DNA from: Candidatus Omnitrophota bacterium
GTDB lineage: Bacteria > Omnitrophota > Gorgyraeia > Gygaellales > Profunditerraquicolaceae
Assembly (NCBI GenBank): GCA_011620275.1
Contig: WOZK01000004.1
Location: 21,931 to 85,930 of the forward strand
Reading direction: 5' to 3'
Length of the DNA: 64,000 bases
Position numbers and translations under genes: made by a program. The stretch's first letter is position 1, and the number at the start of each line of letters is the position of its first letter. The notes beneath the pieces are model-generated. The model had not been told where the DNA came from. It was given only the letters and a program-made list of their open reading frames with translations, and searched no databases. Positions 20,944 to 29,490 of the stretch are shown here, piece by piece.

Positions 20944-20977
20944 ACCCCGGCCTTTAGGCCCGTGGCGCGCCGAATTG
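20863..20977 (+). mobile_element. IS200/IS605-like non-autonomous palindromic element (~110 bp)
   Basis: Two related subterminal hairpins; homologous copy at 27723-27823. Confidence 0.65.
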
Positions 20978-21045
20978 ATTCCAGTTAATGTATTATATCT
21001 CTTATCAGCATCCCGAGATATCTACGCGGATGTCATCATCCCCGC

Positions 21046-21762
21046 TTAGGACTGGTCCTCGCTGGACATACAGGATAAATTACGTTCGATGAAACTTATC
21101 AACTTTCCCTGCCCGGAGTAGGAAAGATTGCAGAACTCCACACCCATACCGGGGAATATGTTCTTCTGTATCTGCTTATCCGGCAGCCATACCACCTTGG
21201 CTTCCAATTCCAGGTCCTCCTGTTTCGGCGGCAGCTTGATCTTAAGGACTACAGCATCTCCCAGCTTTAATTTGTCCACGCCGTACACATAGGCGCCCAC
21301 CGCGCTGAGATTGAGTATATCCACGTGCGCTTTGCCTCCAGCGTATTCCAGTTCCGCCTTTATATCCAGCGGCAGGCGTTTGAACCTCCTGCGCAGCTGC
21401 ATCTTTTTTATCTTCTCTATTATACGGTCTTCGCGGAAGCTGTTCTCCGCCAGATCCAGGGAAGGGTACATCTCTATCGTCCTGTCCAGTCCGGAGACCG
21501 AGAAAACATTCCTCAAATGCGAAGGAATACAACAAAAACGCATCCTGCCGTTGTTGTTCACCACTTCCTTATAAGCGATGACGACTACGGAAATCCCCAT
21601 ATAATCCACCGATTCCACTTCCTCGAAATTACAGAGGATGTCGGTATACCCGTCTCTCAGGCACTGCCCGACGGTCTCAATGAAATTGGCGGAATCGACG
21701 TCTACCTTGCCGATCAACTCCATTATGATTATCCCGTTCTTAAGCCCGACGCGTATATCCAT
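21046..21762 (-). CDS. STAS (anti-sigma antagonist-like) plus PilZ domain fusion protein
   Basis: STAS pattern (V..VDYMG, V.SVSGLD); PilZ RxxxR (RRFKR), NLSAVG, GMGVEF. Confidence 0.85.
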   Translation of the reverse strand: MDIRVGLKNGIIIMELIGKVDVDSANFIETVGQCLRDGYTDILCNFEEVESVDYMGISVVVIAYKEVVNNNGRMRFCCIPSHLRNVFSVSGLDRTIEMYPSLDLAENSFREDRIIEKIKKMQLRRRFKRLPLDIKAELEYAGGKAHVDILNLSAVGAYVYGVDKLKLGDAVVLKIKLPPKQEDLELEAKVVWLPDKQIQKNIFPGMGVEFCNLSYSGQGKLISFIERNLSCMSSEDQS

Positions 21763-21849
21763 GATTGTCTCTCCTGGGAGCTTTACGGCTGCCAGCGTAT
21801 GTTGAAAGGTTACCTCGTATATCTAAATTATAACACAAAAACTCCGCTT

Positions 21850-22231
21850 TCACCGTTTCTCCCGCACGAAGAATTCCACGGCGGCGGCAGCGATCCCGGA
21901 TTTCTCACGGTTGAACACCTCGACCTGCAAAGTTACGATATTTTTGCGCACGCGGGTTATCCTGGCCTCGGCAAAAATATCGCCCAGCGCCTGTTTCAGA
22001 AACCTGATGGTAAACTTCATCGTAAGAAAACTGCGCCCGGCATACCTGACCAGCAGAGCGTTGGCCGCGGCTGTGTCGGCAAGAGCGAAGATAGCCCCCC
22101 CCGTGCAGACTACCGTGCGGATTGATAAACCTCCGGGAGAAAGGGAGCTTCAACAGGGCCCGCCCATCCTCCGATTCCAGCACCTTTATGCCCAATAATC
22201 TCTCGAATTCAGCCTGGATTTTCTTTTTCAT
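21850..22231 (-). pseudogene. PaaI-family thioesterase, frameshifted in a G8 tract
   Basis: N..G.LHGG then frameshift at 22095-22102; removing one G restores HGGAIFALADTAA...EKR* (stop 21850). Confidence 0.85.
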
Positions 22232-22237
22232 ATTTTA

Positions 22238-23185
22238 AATTCCGGGGACACGATACTTAATTCCAGAAAACGATAAAAAACCGTGTTAGATTCCGCCATT
22301 TTCTTGCGTCTATTATAACAAAATAGGATTATAACATAAGTTTCCTGATTCCGGGGACACAATACTTAATCCTTTGGGTTCTTAGAAAGATTTTCTTGAG
22401 GCAGCGGCCAAACCTCATTCGCTCCATAGATGACGCGCTTCTTGTATAAACCAACAAAAAGGAGGCTCTCAATGGCAAGGATAGCGAGATTAGTTATACC
22501 CGGAATTCCTCACCATATTGTTGTACAAAGAGGCAATAGACGTCAAGATGTCTTCTTTAACGACGATGACAGGAGGACTTATCTTAATTATCTAAAAACA
22601 TACGCTATGCCTTCAGGGATAGAATTCCTGTCATATTGTTTAATGGAAAATCACGTGCATATTATTGGTGTCCCGAGTAACAAAGATAGTTTCGCCAACG
22701 GTTTCGGAGAAGCACACCGTAGATATACAAGAATGATTAATTTCAGAAAAGGATGGAGAGGATATTTATGGGAGGGCAGATTCAAATCGTACCCCTTAGA
22801 GGGCACTTATTTATATGCCGCGCTTCGTTATATAGAAATGAATCCTGTAAGGGCAAAAATGGTGAAGAACGCCTGGGACTATCCTTGGTCAAGCGCAAAA
22901 GCACATGTCCTAAACCACACTGACATTTTACTAACCAATAATTGTATCGCTCCGGTAGTGGAGGACTGGAGATCATTTCTTTCTGAAGATGACAAACAAG
23001 ATACCGTCAACTTATTAGAAACGCATTTGATGAGCGGACGGCCGTTGGGAGATAATAAATTTATTGAGAAGTTAAAAAACTAACCGGTAAAATACTGTAT
23101 AAACAGAAACCGGGGCCGAAGAAGGCTGAGAATGAAACTCCCCGGGCTGAGCTGCTTAATAATTAAGTATCGTGTCCCCGGAATT
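22238..23185 (+). mobile_element. Inverted-repeat-flanked Y1 (HUH) transposase element
   Basis: Forward GGGGACAC repeats at 22238-22262 and 22348-22370, reverse copy at 23161-23185, bracketing a RAYT-like gene. Confidence 0.8.
22472..23083 (+). CDS. REP-associated tyrosine transposase-like (Y1_Tnp, HUH)
   Basis: MARIAR, HHI..RGN.RQ, YCLM.NHVH (HUH), LWEGRFKS, YIEMNPVRA, YPWSS; GGAGG RBS; C-terminal frameshift. Confidence 0.9.
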   Translation: MARIARLVIPGIPHHIVVQRGNRRQDVFFNDDDRRTYLNYLKTYAMPSGIEFLSYCLMENHVHIIGVPSNKDSFANGFGEAHRRYTRMINFRKGWRGYLWEGRFKSYPLEGTYLYAALRYIEMNPVRAKMVKNAWDYPWSSAKAHVLNHTDILLTNNCIAPVVEDWRSFLSEDDKQDTVNLLETHLMSGRPLGDNKFIEKLKN

Positions 23186-23194
23186 ACGAGCAAG

Positions 23195-23268
23195 TGCGCC
23201 TGGCAGGACTCGAACCTGCAACGCCCAGCTCCGAAGGCTGGCGCTCTATCCAATTGAGCTACAGGCGC
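23195..23268 (-). tRNA. tRNA-Arg(UCG), no encoded CCA
   Basis: GCGCCTG acceptor stem, AGCTCAATTGGATAGAGC D arm, CCAGC-CTTCGGA-GCTGG anticodon arm, GGTTCGAGTCC T arm. Confidence 0.95.
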
Positions 23269-23282
23269 GCAAAGAGACTTTA

Positions 23283-24017
23283 TTATACCGCTTCCGCCGA
23301 CGGTCCGAGCACGCGCATAATTTCTTCTATCCTCCGCTTGTCCAAAGGAATAACGCCTTCTTCCGCCGGCTTGCGCACCGGGGAATTAACCTGGATTTTG
23401 TCCGGCTTTATGCGTTCCACGGCCTGCTTCAACCCGACGATATCCTCCGGTGAGTCGTTAAGGCCGCGCACAAGCATTATTTCCAGCCAGATCTTACCGG
23501 GATATTCCTTCCGGAATTCCTCCAGAGCGTTTATTATATCCGTTATCCTTGTCCCGGGGACCGGGCGGTCTATCTTCTCGAAGGTTTCCTGCCTTGCCGC
23601 ATCCAGGGAAGGCACCACCAGATCAGCTGACATTAGTTCTTTACGAATCGAAGGCGATACCAGCATGGAGGAATTAGTGATCACCGCCACCGGCAGATTT
23701 ACCATTTTCTTTATATCTAAAATAATCTCCCCCAGCTTACTGTTAAGGCAGGGTTCGCCTGTGCCGGCGATGGTCACGTAACTCAGTTGGGCAGCGGTAT
23801 CTTTATGCTCATCAAGCCACTCCCGCAGAGCAGAAAGCACCTGCCCGGCAGAAGAATATTCTTTTCGTTCTCCGGTCCGCATAGTCGTCCTGCCCGCCTG
23901 GCAATATACGCAGTCAAAACTGCAGATCTTGTAAGGAGTAAGATTGATCCCCAGAGAAAGACCGAGCCTGCGTGAGTTTATCGGACCGTAGATATACAAG
24001 TTTTTGCCGCGAATCAT
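23283..24017 (-). CDS. Radical SAM Fe-S oxidoreductase (COG0731-like)
   Basis: YGP..SRRLG.SLGI, CSFDCVYC, GTGEP, TNSS; start refined to ATG 24017. Confidence 0.9.
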   Translation of the reverse strand: MIRGKNLYIYGPINSRRLGLSLGINLTPYKICSFDCVYCQAGRTTMRTGERKEYSSAGQVLSALREWLDEHKDTAAQLSYVTIAGTGEPCLNSKLGEIILDIKKMVNLPVAVITNSSMLVSPSIRKELMSADLVVPSLDAARQETFEKIDRPVPGTRITDIINALEEFRKEYPGKIWLEIMLVRGLNDSPEDIVGLKQAVERIKPDKIQVNSPVRKPAEEGVIPLDKRRIEEIMRVLGPSAEAV

Positions 24018-24184
24018 AATAAATCCGGGTTCCGGGTTATAGGCGCCGGGTTCTGAAATACCGAAGCACGAAAGAAGACGGACGAAGACCGCTTCTAAAT
24101 CAGAGGCATAGCGGGAAGCGGTCATTCTTCATCTGTATCAGGCTTATTGTTTCCCGACTCCCCTGTCATTAATTAGCTCTATAT

Positions 24185-24241
24185 AAAAAGAACCCCCGGC
24201 ATCCTTGAGAAGACTTGAGTTTCGCATAAGGAAACCGGGGG
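24185..24241 (-). terminator. Probable terminator after the CBM48 gene
   Basis: CCCCCGG/CCGGGGG stem followed by TTCTTTTT on the minus strand; long loop. Confidence 0.45.
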
Positions 24242-24246
24242 ATGAA

Positions 24247-24522
24247 TTACTTTACTTCTATTACGGAATTCTGCGTGCCGAATGAATTTATTGCTACCGC
24301 GTTGTTATTGGGATCATTGATCCAGTTGCCATCCACAAAGAACTTGTATTCGTACCTGCCGGGTTTAAGCGATATTTTCGCAGACCAATTACCCTTGCTG
24401 TCTTTCTTAGCTACCGCTCCTTTCAGGTCCCAACTGTTGAAGTCCCCGGCCAAGTTGACCTTCTTCGCTTTCGGCGCGTAAATCTTGAATTGTGTCGGCT
24501 TCTCTGTAACTTTTCTGACCAT
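24247..24522 (-). CDS. Stand-alone CBM48/isoamylase early-set glycogen-binding protein
   Basis: AP.AKKV.LAGDFN.W, L.PGRYEYKF.VDG.W..DP, NS. Confidence 0.9.
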   Translation of the reverse strand: MVRKVTEKPTQFKIYAPKAKKVNLAGDFNSWDLKGAVAKKDSKGNWSAKISLKPGRYEYKFFVDGNWINDPNNNAVAINSFGTQNSVIEVK

Positions 24523-24544
24523 CTCTCCCTCCTTTTATAAATTT

Positions 24545-24573
24545 AATTTACACGAGTATGAGATGGATGTCAA
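24545..24573 (-). promoter_or_regulatory. Sigma70-type promoter of the CBM48 gene
   Basis: TTGACA-17nt-TAAATT. Confidence 0.55.
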
Positions 24574-24633
24574 GATTTTTTCACTCGTAGACGTAACGCA
24601 AGTCGGTGTCCCGTCGATAATAAAGAAAAAAAC

Positions 24634-25437
24634 TTATACGGCAGTTATAATGAGCCCCTTGCGCTCGGCAAGGGCAAGAGAAGCATCCTTGTCGATGAAA
24701 AGCGTCTTGCCGGCTTCTATCGCCAGGCACGCCGCGCCGCAACGCAGCAATGTTTTCACGGTGCACAAACCCACCACCGGGACGTCGAACCTGGGGTCCT
24801 GCTTGGGCTTGCTCACCTTAACCACGGTAAAACCGCGGCCGGCTATTTTCCCGGCGCGACGGATAAGATTATCCGTACCTTCAAAAGCTTCCACCCCCAC
24901 TATCGCCCCGGATTTTACGGCCACGCTCTGCCCTATATCGAGGCCGGCTACTTCTTTGGCCAGTTTAAAGCCGAATTCAATATCCTTGAACTGCTCGGGA
25001 GATGGCTCAGGTCCGCAAAGCAGGCCGTGCCCCGGCATCATCTCCCAGAGGAACGCGGTGGAATCGAGAAATTTCACGCCCGATTTCTCCAGATGCCGTA
25101 TAACCGTCGAGAAAATGGTATCCGCCCTTTTATCTTTCATGCCGGCAAGCACTTCTCGCAGCCCGGCGTCGCGCATCACCTCGGCGCTGAAAAGACGGCT
25201 GGGAGAGATCTGCCCGGCCATGACGGCTTCACTTATGCCCTCTCTTTTCATTATATCGCCGAGCCTGCCGAATTCCCGCAGACGCAACCACACCACTTTG
25301 TCCGCGCATTTGTTTATAGCGCGCCAGGCGTCACCTTTAACGGCAAAAGCGACAACTTTATACCCCCTGTCCCGCGCCGCCCGCGCGAATATAAGAGGCA
25401 ATTTCCTGTTTCCTGCTATTAAACCGAGTTCGGACAT
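24634..25437 (-). CDS. lpxI: UDP-2,3-diacylglucosamine hydrolase LpxI
   Basis: GLIAG...LP, DIGQSV, EA.EGTD, K..QD.RFDVP.VG; follows lpxA. Confidence 0.92.
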   Translation of the reverse strand: MSELGLIAGNRKLPLIFARAARDRGYKVVAFAVKGDAWRAINKCADKVVWLRLREFGRLGDIMKREGISEAVMAGQISPSRLFSAEVMRDAGLREVLAGMKDKRADTIFSTVIRHLEKSGVKFLDSTAFLWEMMPGHGLLCGPEPSPEQFKDIEFGFKLAKEVAGLDIGQSVAVKSGAIVGVEAFEGTDNLIRRAGKIAGRGFTVVKVSKPKQDPRFDVPVVGLCTVKTLLRCGAACLAIEAGKTLFIDKDASLALAERKGLIITAV

Positions 25438-25557
25438 GCTTTATATAAATAAGTGTATCTATGATTTATCATGCTTCGTGCTTCACGCTGCGCGCCGCAA
25501 GCTTTTTACCTTTTACACGCCAAAGATCGGTTTTCAATTGTTAGACTGCGAATTAAT

Positions 25558-26367
25558 TTACTCTGTCTCATCTGCGGCGGAATGCGCCGTGCGGCAGGAA
25601 CGGGCTACGCTTCTCTGCGAATTCTTTATGAAATCGACGAGGTAAGCCGTTTCTTTGGAGAGGGTGTTTTCCGCTTCGAACTTGATTGCTGCCTTGCGCA
25701 GCGGCATCCCGGAATAGAAAATTGCCCGGTAAGCCTTGTTAAGGCCGCCGACGGTCTCTCTGTCGAATCCGTTTCTGCGCAGGCCGATAAAGTTCAAGCC
25801 GTAAACGCGCGCCGGATGTCCGTCGCAGGTGGAATAAGGAGGTATGTCCTGGGTCACTTTGGAACATCCGCCGAGAATGGAAAACTTCCCCACGCGCACG
25901 AACTGGTGAATGGCGACCATGCCGCCGATTATGGCTTTATCTTCCACACACACATGTCCGGCAAGGGTTCCGTTATTGGCGATGACGCAGCCGCTGCCCA
26001 CACGGCAATCGTGCGCCACATGGCAATAGGCCATAAGCAAATTGCCGTCTTCGACGACGGTCTTGCCGCCTTCCCCGGTACCGGGATTTAAAGTGCAGTA
26101 TTCCCTGATGATATTCCTGTCGCCTATAATAAGATAGCTCTTCTCGCCCTTGAACTTAAGGTCCTGGGGCCTGCTGCCGACCACCGCACCGCTGAATATT
26201 TCGCAATCCCGGCCTATGGTCGTATTACCTTCAATAACGCAATGCGCCCCAATCTTGGTGCCCGGGTTGATAGTCACATTATCGCCGATAATGGAGAATG
26301 GCCCGACTTCCACGTCTTCAGCGAGCTTTGCCTTATCTGAAACTATGGCGGTGTTGTGTATTGACAT
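25558..26367 (-). CDS. lpxA: UDP-GlcNAc O-acyltransferase
   Basis: Hexapeptide repeats, PQDLKF, HVAHDC, HQF, GL.R.GF. Confidence 0.96.
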   Translation of the reverse strand: MSIHNTAIVSDKAKLAEDVEVGPFSIIGDNVTINPGTKIGAHCVIEGNTTIGRDCEIFSGAVVGSRPQDLKFKGEKSYLIIGDRNIIREYCTLNPGTGEGGKTVVEDGNLLMAYCHVAHDCRVGSGCVIANNGTLAGHVCVEDKAIIGGMVAIHQFVRVGKFSILGGCSKVTQDIPPYSTCDGHPARVYGLNFIGLRRNGFDRETVGGLNKAYRAIFYSGMPLRKAAIKFEAENTLSKETAYLVDFIKNSQRSVARSCRTAHSAADETE

Positions 26368-26406
26368 ATATGCACTTTCTATATCCGGTTGTTATGCCGG
26401 GAGCCC

Positions 26407-27708
26407 TTATCCAAAAGCGAACATCAGGGTGGCTTCAGCCACCACTTTTCCGTCCACGTAAGCCTTGCCGTAAACCTGCCCGGTCCTGGATTTCACCTTA
26501 CCTGCCGTGACCTCCATCACCAGCCTATCGCCGGGCACCACCACTTTGCGGAACTTTGCGTCGTCTATAGCCATGAAATAAGCGAGCTTGCCGCGGTTCT
26601 CCGCAAAAGAAAGCAGCATTACTCCGCCGACCTGAGCCATCGCCTCCAGGATAAGCACGCCCGGCATCACCGGCTTGCCGGGAAAATGCCCCTGAAAAAA
26701 TGCGTCGTTGATGGTAATGTTTTTTATTCCGACCACCCGTTTGCCTTGCTCCAGATACGTGATCCTGTCCACAAGAAGGAACGGGAAACGGTGCGGCAGC
26801 ACATCCATTATCGCCTGCACGTCCATCACGCAGCCTTCCCCGGAACAAACATTCGCGCCTGCCAAGTTTTTCTGCTTCTGCTGTAATATCGACTTGACCA
26901 TCCTGGCGTTAAGAGAATGGCCGCTCTTGACGGCGATTATGTGGGCCTTCAAAGGCTGCCCGAGCAGGCTGAAGTCCCCGATAAGGTCGAGAACTTTATG
27001 CCTGACGAACTCGTCTGGAAAACGCAGTACATTGCCGACGACGCCTTTTTCCCCGACGACAAGCGTGTTCTCGTAAGTCGCGCCCTTGCCCAGCCCCTGC
27101 TTCTTCAGCTCCTCAGCCTCCTCTTCCAGGCAAAACGTCCTTGCGCCCGCAATGCAGTCGCGAAAGGACTTCTCCGTGATCTCCATATCGAAAAACTGGG
27201 AAGCCAGCATGGGATGTTCGTAATTAAGGGTGTAGGAAACATGGAAATTCTCGCAGGGCACAGCTACCAGGGAAACTCCGGATTCGTTAATATAAATCGG
27301 CTCTGTCAGCGAGTAATAATCCCTTGGTTTATCCAGCGTCTGTATTTCGGCTCTGTCCAGCGCCTTCAGGTATTCCAGCGCGCTGCCGTCGAGGCCGGGC
27401 AATTCCTCGCCGTCGAGTTCTACCACAAGATTGTCTATGCCGCAGGCCGACAGAGCGGCCATCATATGCTCCACGGTATGTATGCTGGCGACGCCGCTGC
27501 CGATAGTGGTGCGGCGCTTGCTGCGCGGATAAGACGAAACGCAGTCAACACTGGCCTTCATCTCCGGCCTATCCGGCAGATCGATCCTCACTATGGTAAC
27601 GCCGCTGTCCGCAGGCGCCGGCTTAAGTGTAACGGCGGCCTTGTTTCCTGTATGCAGGCCTACGCCCGTAATAGTAATCTGTCCTTTTATAGTCTTCTGT
27701 AGATCCAT
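26407..27708 (-). CDS. lpxC: Bifunctional LpxC-FabZ fusion
   Basis: QKT, GVGLHTG, TVEH, ARTF, HKVLD; C-terminal LPHRFPFLLVD, FFQGHFP..PVMPGV. Confidence 0.95.
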   Translation of the reverse strand: MDLQKTIKGQITITGVGLHTGNKAAVTLKPAPADSGVTIVRIDLPDRPEMKASVDCVSSYPRSKRRTTIGSGVASIHTVEHMMAALSACGIDNLVVELDGEELPGLDGSALEYLKALDRAEIQTLDKPRDYYSLTEPIYINESGVSLVAVPCENFHVSYTLNYEHPMLASQFFDMEITEKSFRDCIAGARTFCLEEEAEELKKQGLGKGATYENTLVVGEKGVVGNVLRFPDEFVRHKVLDLIGDFSLLGQPLKAHIIAVKSGHSLNARMVKSILQQKQKNLAGANVCSGEGCVMDVQAIMDVLPHRFPFLLVDRITYLEQGKRVVGIKNITINDAFFQGHFPGKPVMPGVLILEAMAQVGGVMLLSFAENRGKLAYFMAIDDAKFRKVVVPGDRLVMEVTAGKVKSRTGQVYGKAYVDGKVVAEATLMFAFG

Positions 27709-27722
27709 TATCTCCCCGCCGG

Positions 27723-27823
27723 TTTATACTTTGACGGCGCTAAAATCGCGCCTTTTAGAACGCGGATAATATATACCACAATAATAAGCAAGCCGCGGTC
27801 TTCAGACCGCGGCGGGCCGAATT
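27723..27823 (+). mobile_element. IS200/IS605-like palindromic element between lpxD and lpxC
   Basis: Homologous to 20863-20977; hairpin CCGCGGTC-TTCA-GACCGCGG. Confidence 0.65.
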
Positions 27824-28857
27824 TATTTCAGTCTCGACTCCAATTCTTCTATCTTTTTTTTCAACTCCGCTACGGTCTTGGTAAGCTTCGGAAGATTCTG
27901 CGCGCAGGCATTTATTCTCTGCGTGGACATAAATTCTCTTGCCGGATACCCCGAAACCATCATCCCCGGAGGCACCGACTTGGAGACCCCCGCCTGGGCC
28001 GTGACTATCGCTCCCTCTCCTATAATGATGTGTCCGGCCAACCCTGCCTGCCCGGCTATTATAGCGCCGTCGCCTATTTTGGTACTGCCTGAAATCCCGG
28101 CCTGCGCGATGAGCAACACGTTATTGCCGACGTTAACGTTATGCGCTACCTGCACCAGATTGTCAATCTTGGTCCCGCTGCCGATTACGGTCTTGCCGAA
28201 ACGCGCGCGGTCGATGGCGACATTGGCGCCTATCTCAACGTCGTCTCCGATCACCACCGTCCCGGTCTGCGGTATCTTGTGATGCGCTCCCTTCACGGTA
28301 ACATATCCGAACCCGTCAGAGCCGACCACTGTCCCGCTGTGGATGATCACCCTATCCCCGATGACGATATCTTCTCTGACCGTGACGTTGGGATACAGAA
28401 GACAGCAGGTCCCGATCTTGACCCCGTAACCGATATAACATCCGGAGTAAACAATAGTGTCGTCGCCTACGCTGGCGCCGTCTTCTATAACGGCGTAAGC
28501 GCCGACGGTAACATTCTTGCCCAGGGACGCTCCGGGAGAGACCGCCGCCGCCGGGTGTATTCCCCGGGGATGGCGCGCTTTATTCTCTCCGAACAGCTGG
28601 ACTACCTGCGTGAAAGCCAATGAAGGATTTTCCACCCTGATCAGAGCCGCGCGCTTCGGGGGGGAGACTTGGGGAGACGTTATTACCGCCGACGCACCGG
28701 TTTTCTCCAGAAACGGCGCGTATTTGGAATTGGATAAAAAAGCTATGTCCCCCGGGCGTGCCTCTTCTATGCCGGAAAACCCGGTTATCTCCAGGTCTGC
28801 CGGTCCGATTACTTCGCCGCCGATAATCTCGGCGATTTCTTTGAGGGTCTTACGCAT
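27823..28857 (-). CDS. lpxD: UDP-3-O-acylglucosamine N-acyltransferase
   Basis: GSDGFGY, KIPQ.G, IDR, KIDNLVQVAHN. Confidence 0.96.
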   Translation of the reverse strand: MRKTLKEIAEIIGGEVIGPADLEITGFSGIEEARPGDIAFLSNSKYAPFLEKTGASAVITSPQVSPPKRAALIRVENPSLAFTQVVQLFGENKARHPRGIHPAAAVSPGASLGKNVTVGAYAVIEDGASVGDDTIVYSGCYIGYGVKIGTCCLLYPNVTVREDIVIGDRVIIHSGTVVGSDGFGYVTVKGAHHKIPQTGTVVIGDDVEIGANVAIDRARFGKTVIGSGTKIDNLVQVAHNVNVGNNVLLIAQAGISGSTKIGDGAIIAGQAGLAGHIIIGEGAIVTAQAGVSKSVPPGMMVSGYPAREFMSTQRINACAQNLPKLTKTVAELKKKIEELESRLK

Positions 28858-28865
28858 AAGCCGGG

Positions 28866-28907
28866 AGAAAACCCTGCGGGAGAGGGCGCCGCCCTCTCCC
28901 GCGCGGG
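28866..28907 (-). terminator. Strong hairpin after skp
   Basis: 12-bp stem GCGGGAGAGGGC/GCCCTCTCCCGC followed by a short T run on the minus strand. Confidence 0.55.
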
Positions 28908-28910
28908 ATC

Positions 28911-29420
28911 TTATTTCTTTGTGTTGCCTTTATTGAGGGCGTCTATTATCTTATCGCTGATCTCCAGACCCTTGGTCTGGTAAACAAGCACCCTGTCATT
29001 GAAAATGAAGGTGTATCCCTCTTTCTCCGCGTAGGTCTTCACCGCGTTCTCTATATCCTTGAGGATCTCCTTCATCTTTTCATCTTGCTCCTTGCGCAGA
29101 TCCGTCTGCTTCTGACGGTCGAATTCCTGCAGGGCCTTAACCTTGGTCTCGATGTCGCCCTTTTTGGATTCCTTCTCCTTGTCGTTGAGAAGGTTGATTT
29201 TTTCCTGGAGCTGTTTGATTTCGTTGACCTTTTTTGTCCTTTCGGCGTCGTAGGCGGACTGTTTGTCGCCGAGTACCTTATCGTAATCCTTGGTTTTGTA
29301 ATACTCGTTGAACGTGCGGCTCAAGTCAATATATCCCAGTTTATCGGCTGCCGAAGCGCTGCCGGCTAACATGGCCAACACGAAAAGTCCCCCAAAAACA
29401 ACCCCTATTCCCTTTTTCAT
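28911..29420 (-). CDS. skp: OmpH/Skp periplasmic chaperone
   Basis: Signal peptide, K.GYID, coiled coil, A.KEGY..I; lies between bamA and lpxD. Confidence 0.88.
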   Translation of the reverse strand: MKKGIGVVFGGLFVLAMLAGSASAADKLGYIDLSRTFNEYYKTKDYDKVLGDKQSAYDAERTKKVNEIKQLQEKINLLNDKEKESKKGDIETKVKALQEFDRQKQTDLRKEQDEKMKEILKDIENAVKTYAEKEGYTFIFNDRVLVYQTKGLEISDKIIDALNKGNTKK

Positions 29421-29490
29421 TTCCTCTCCTCCTTTTTTATCCTTTGATTGATTGTTTGTTTGGCAAGGATAGCGCCGAATCGTTTGTTTA

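Noticed and set aside
24485-25645. 386-aa + strand ORF and other long antisense ORFs (7969-8952, 38629-39936, 53146-54027, 63094-63828)
   Set aside because: Shadow frames opposite well-supported genes, with no recognisable motifs.
26407-27708. LpxC-FabZ fusion as a novelty
   Set aside because: A well-known fusion in several phyla.
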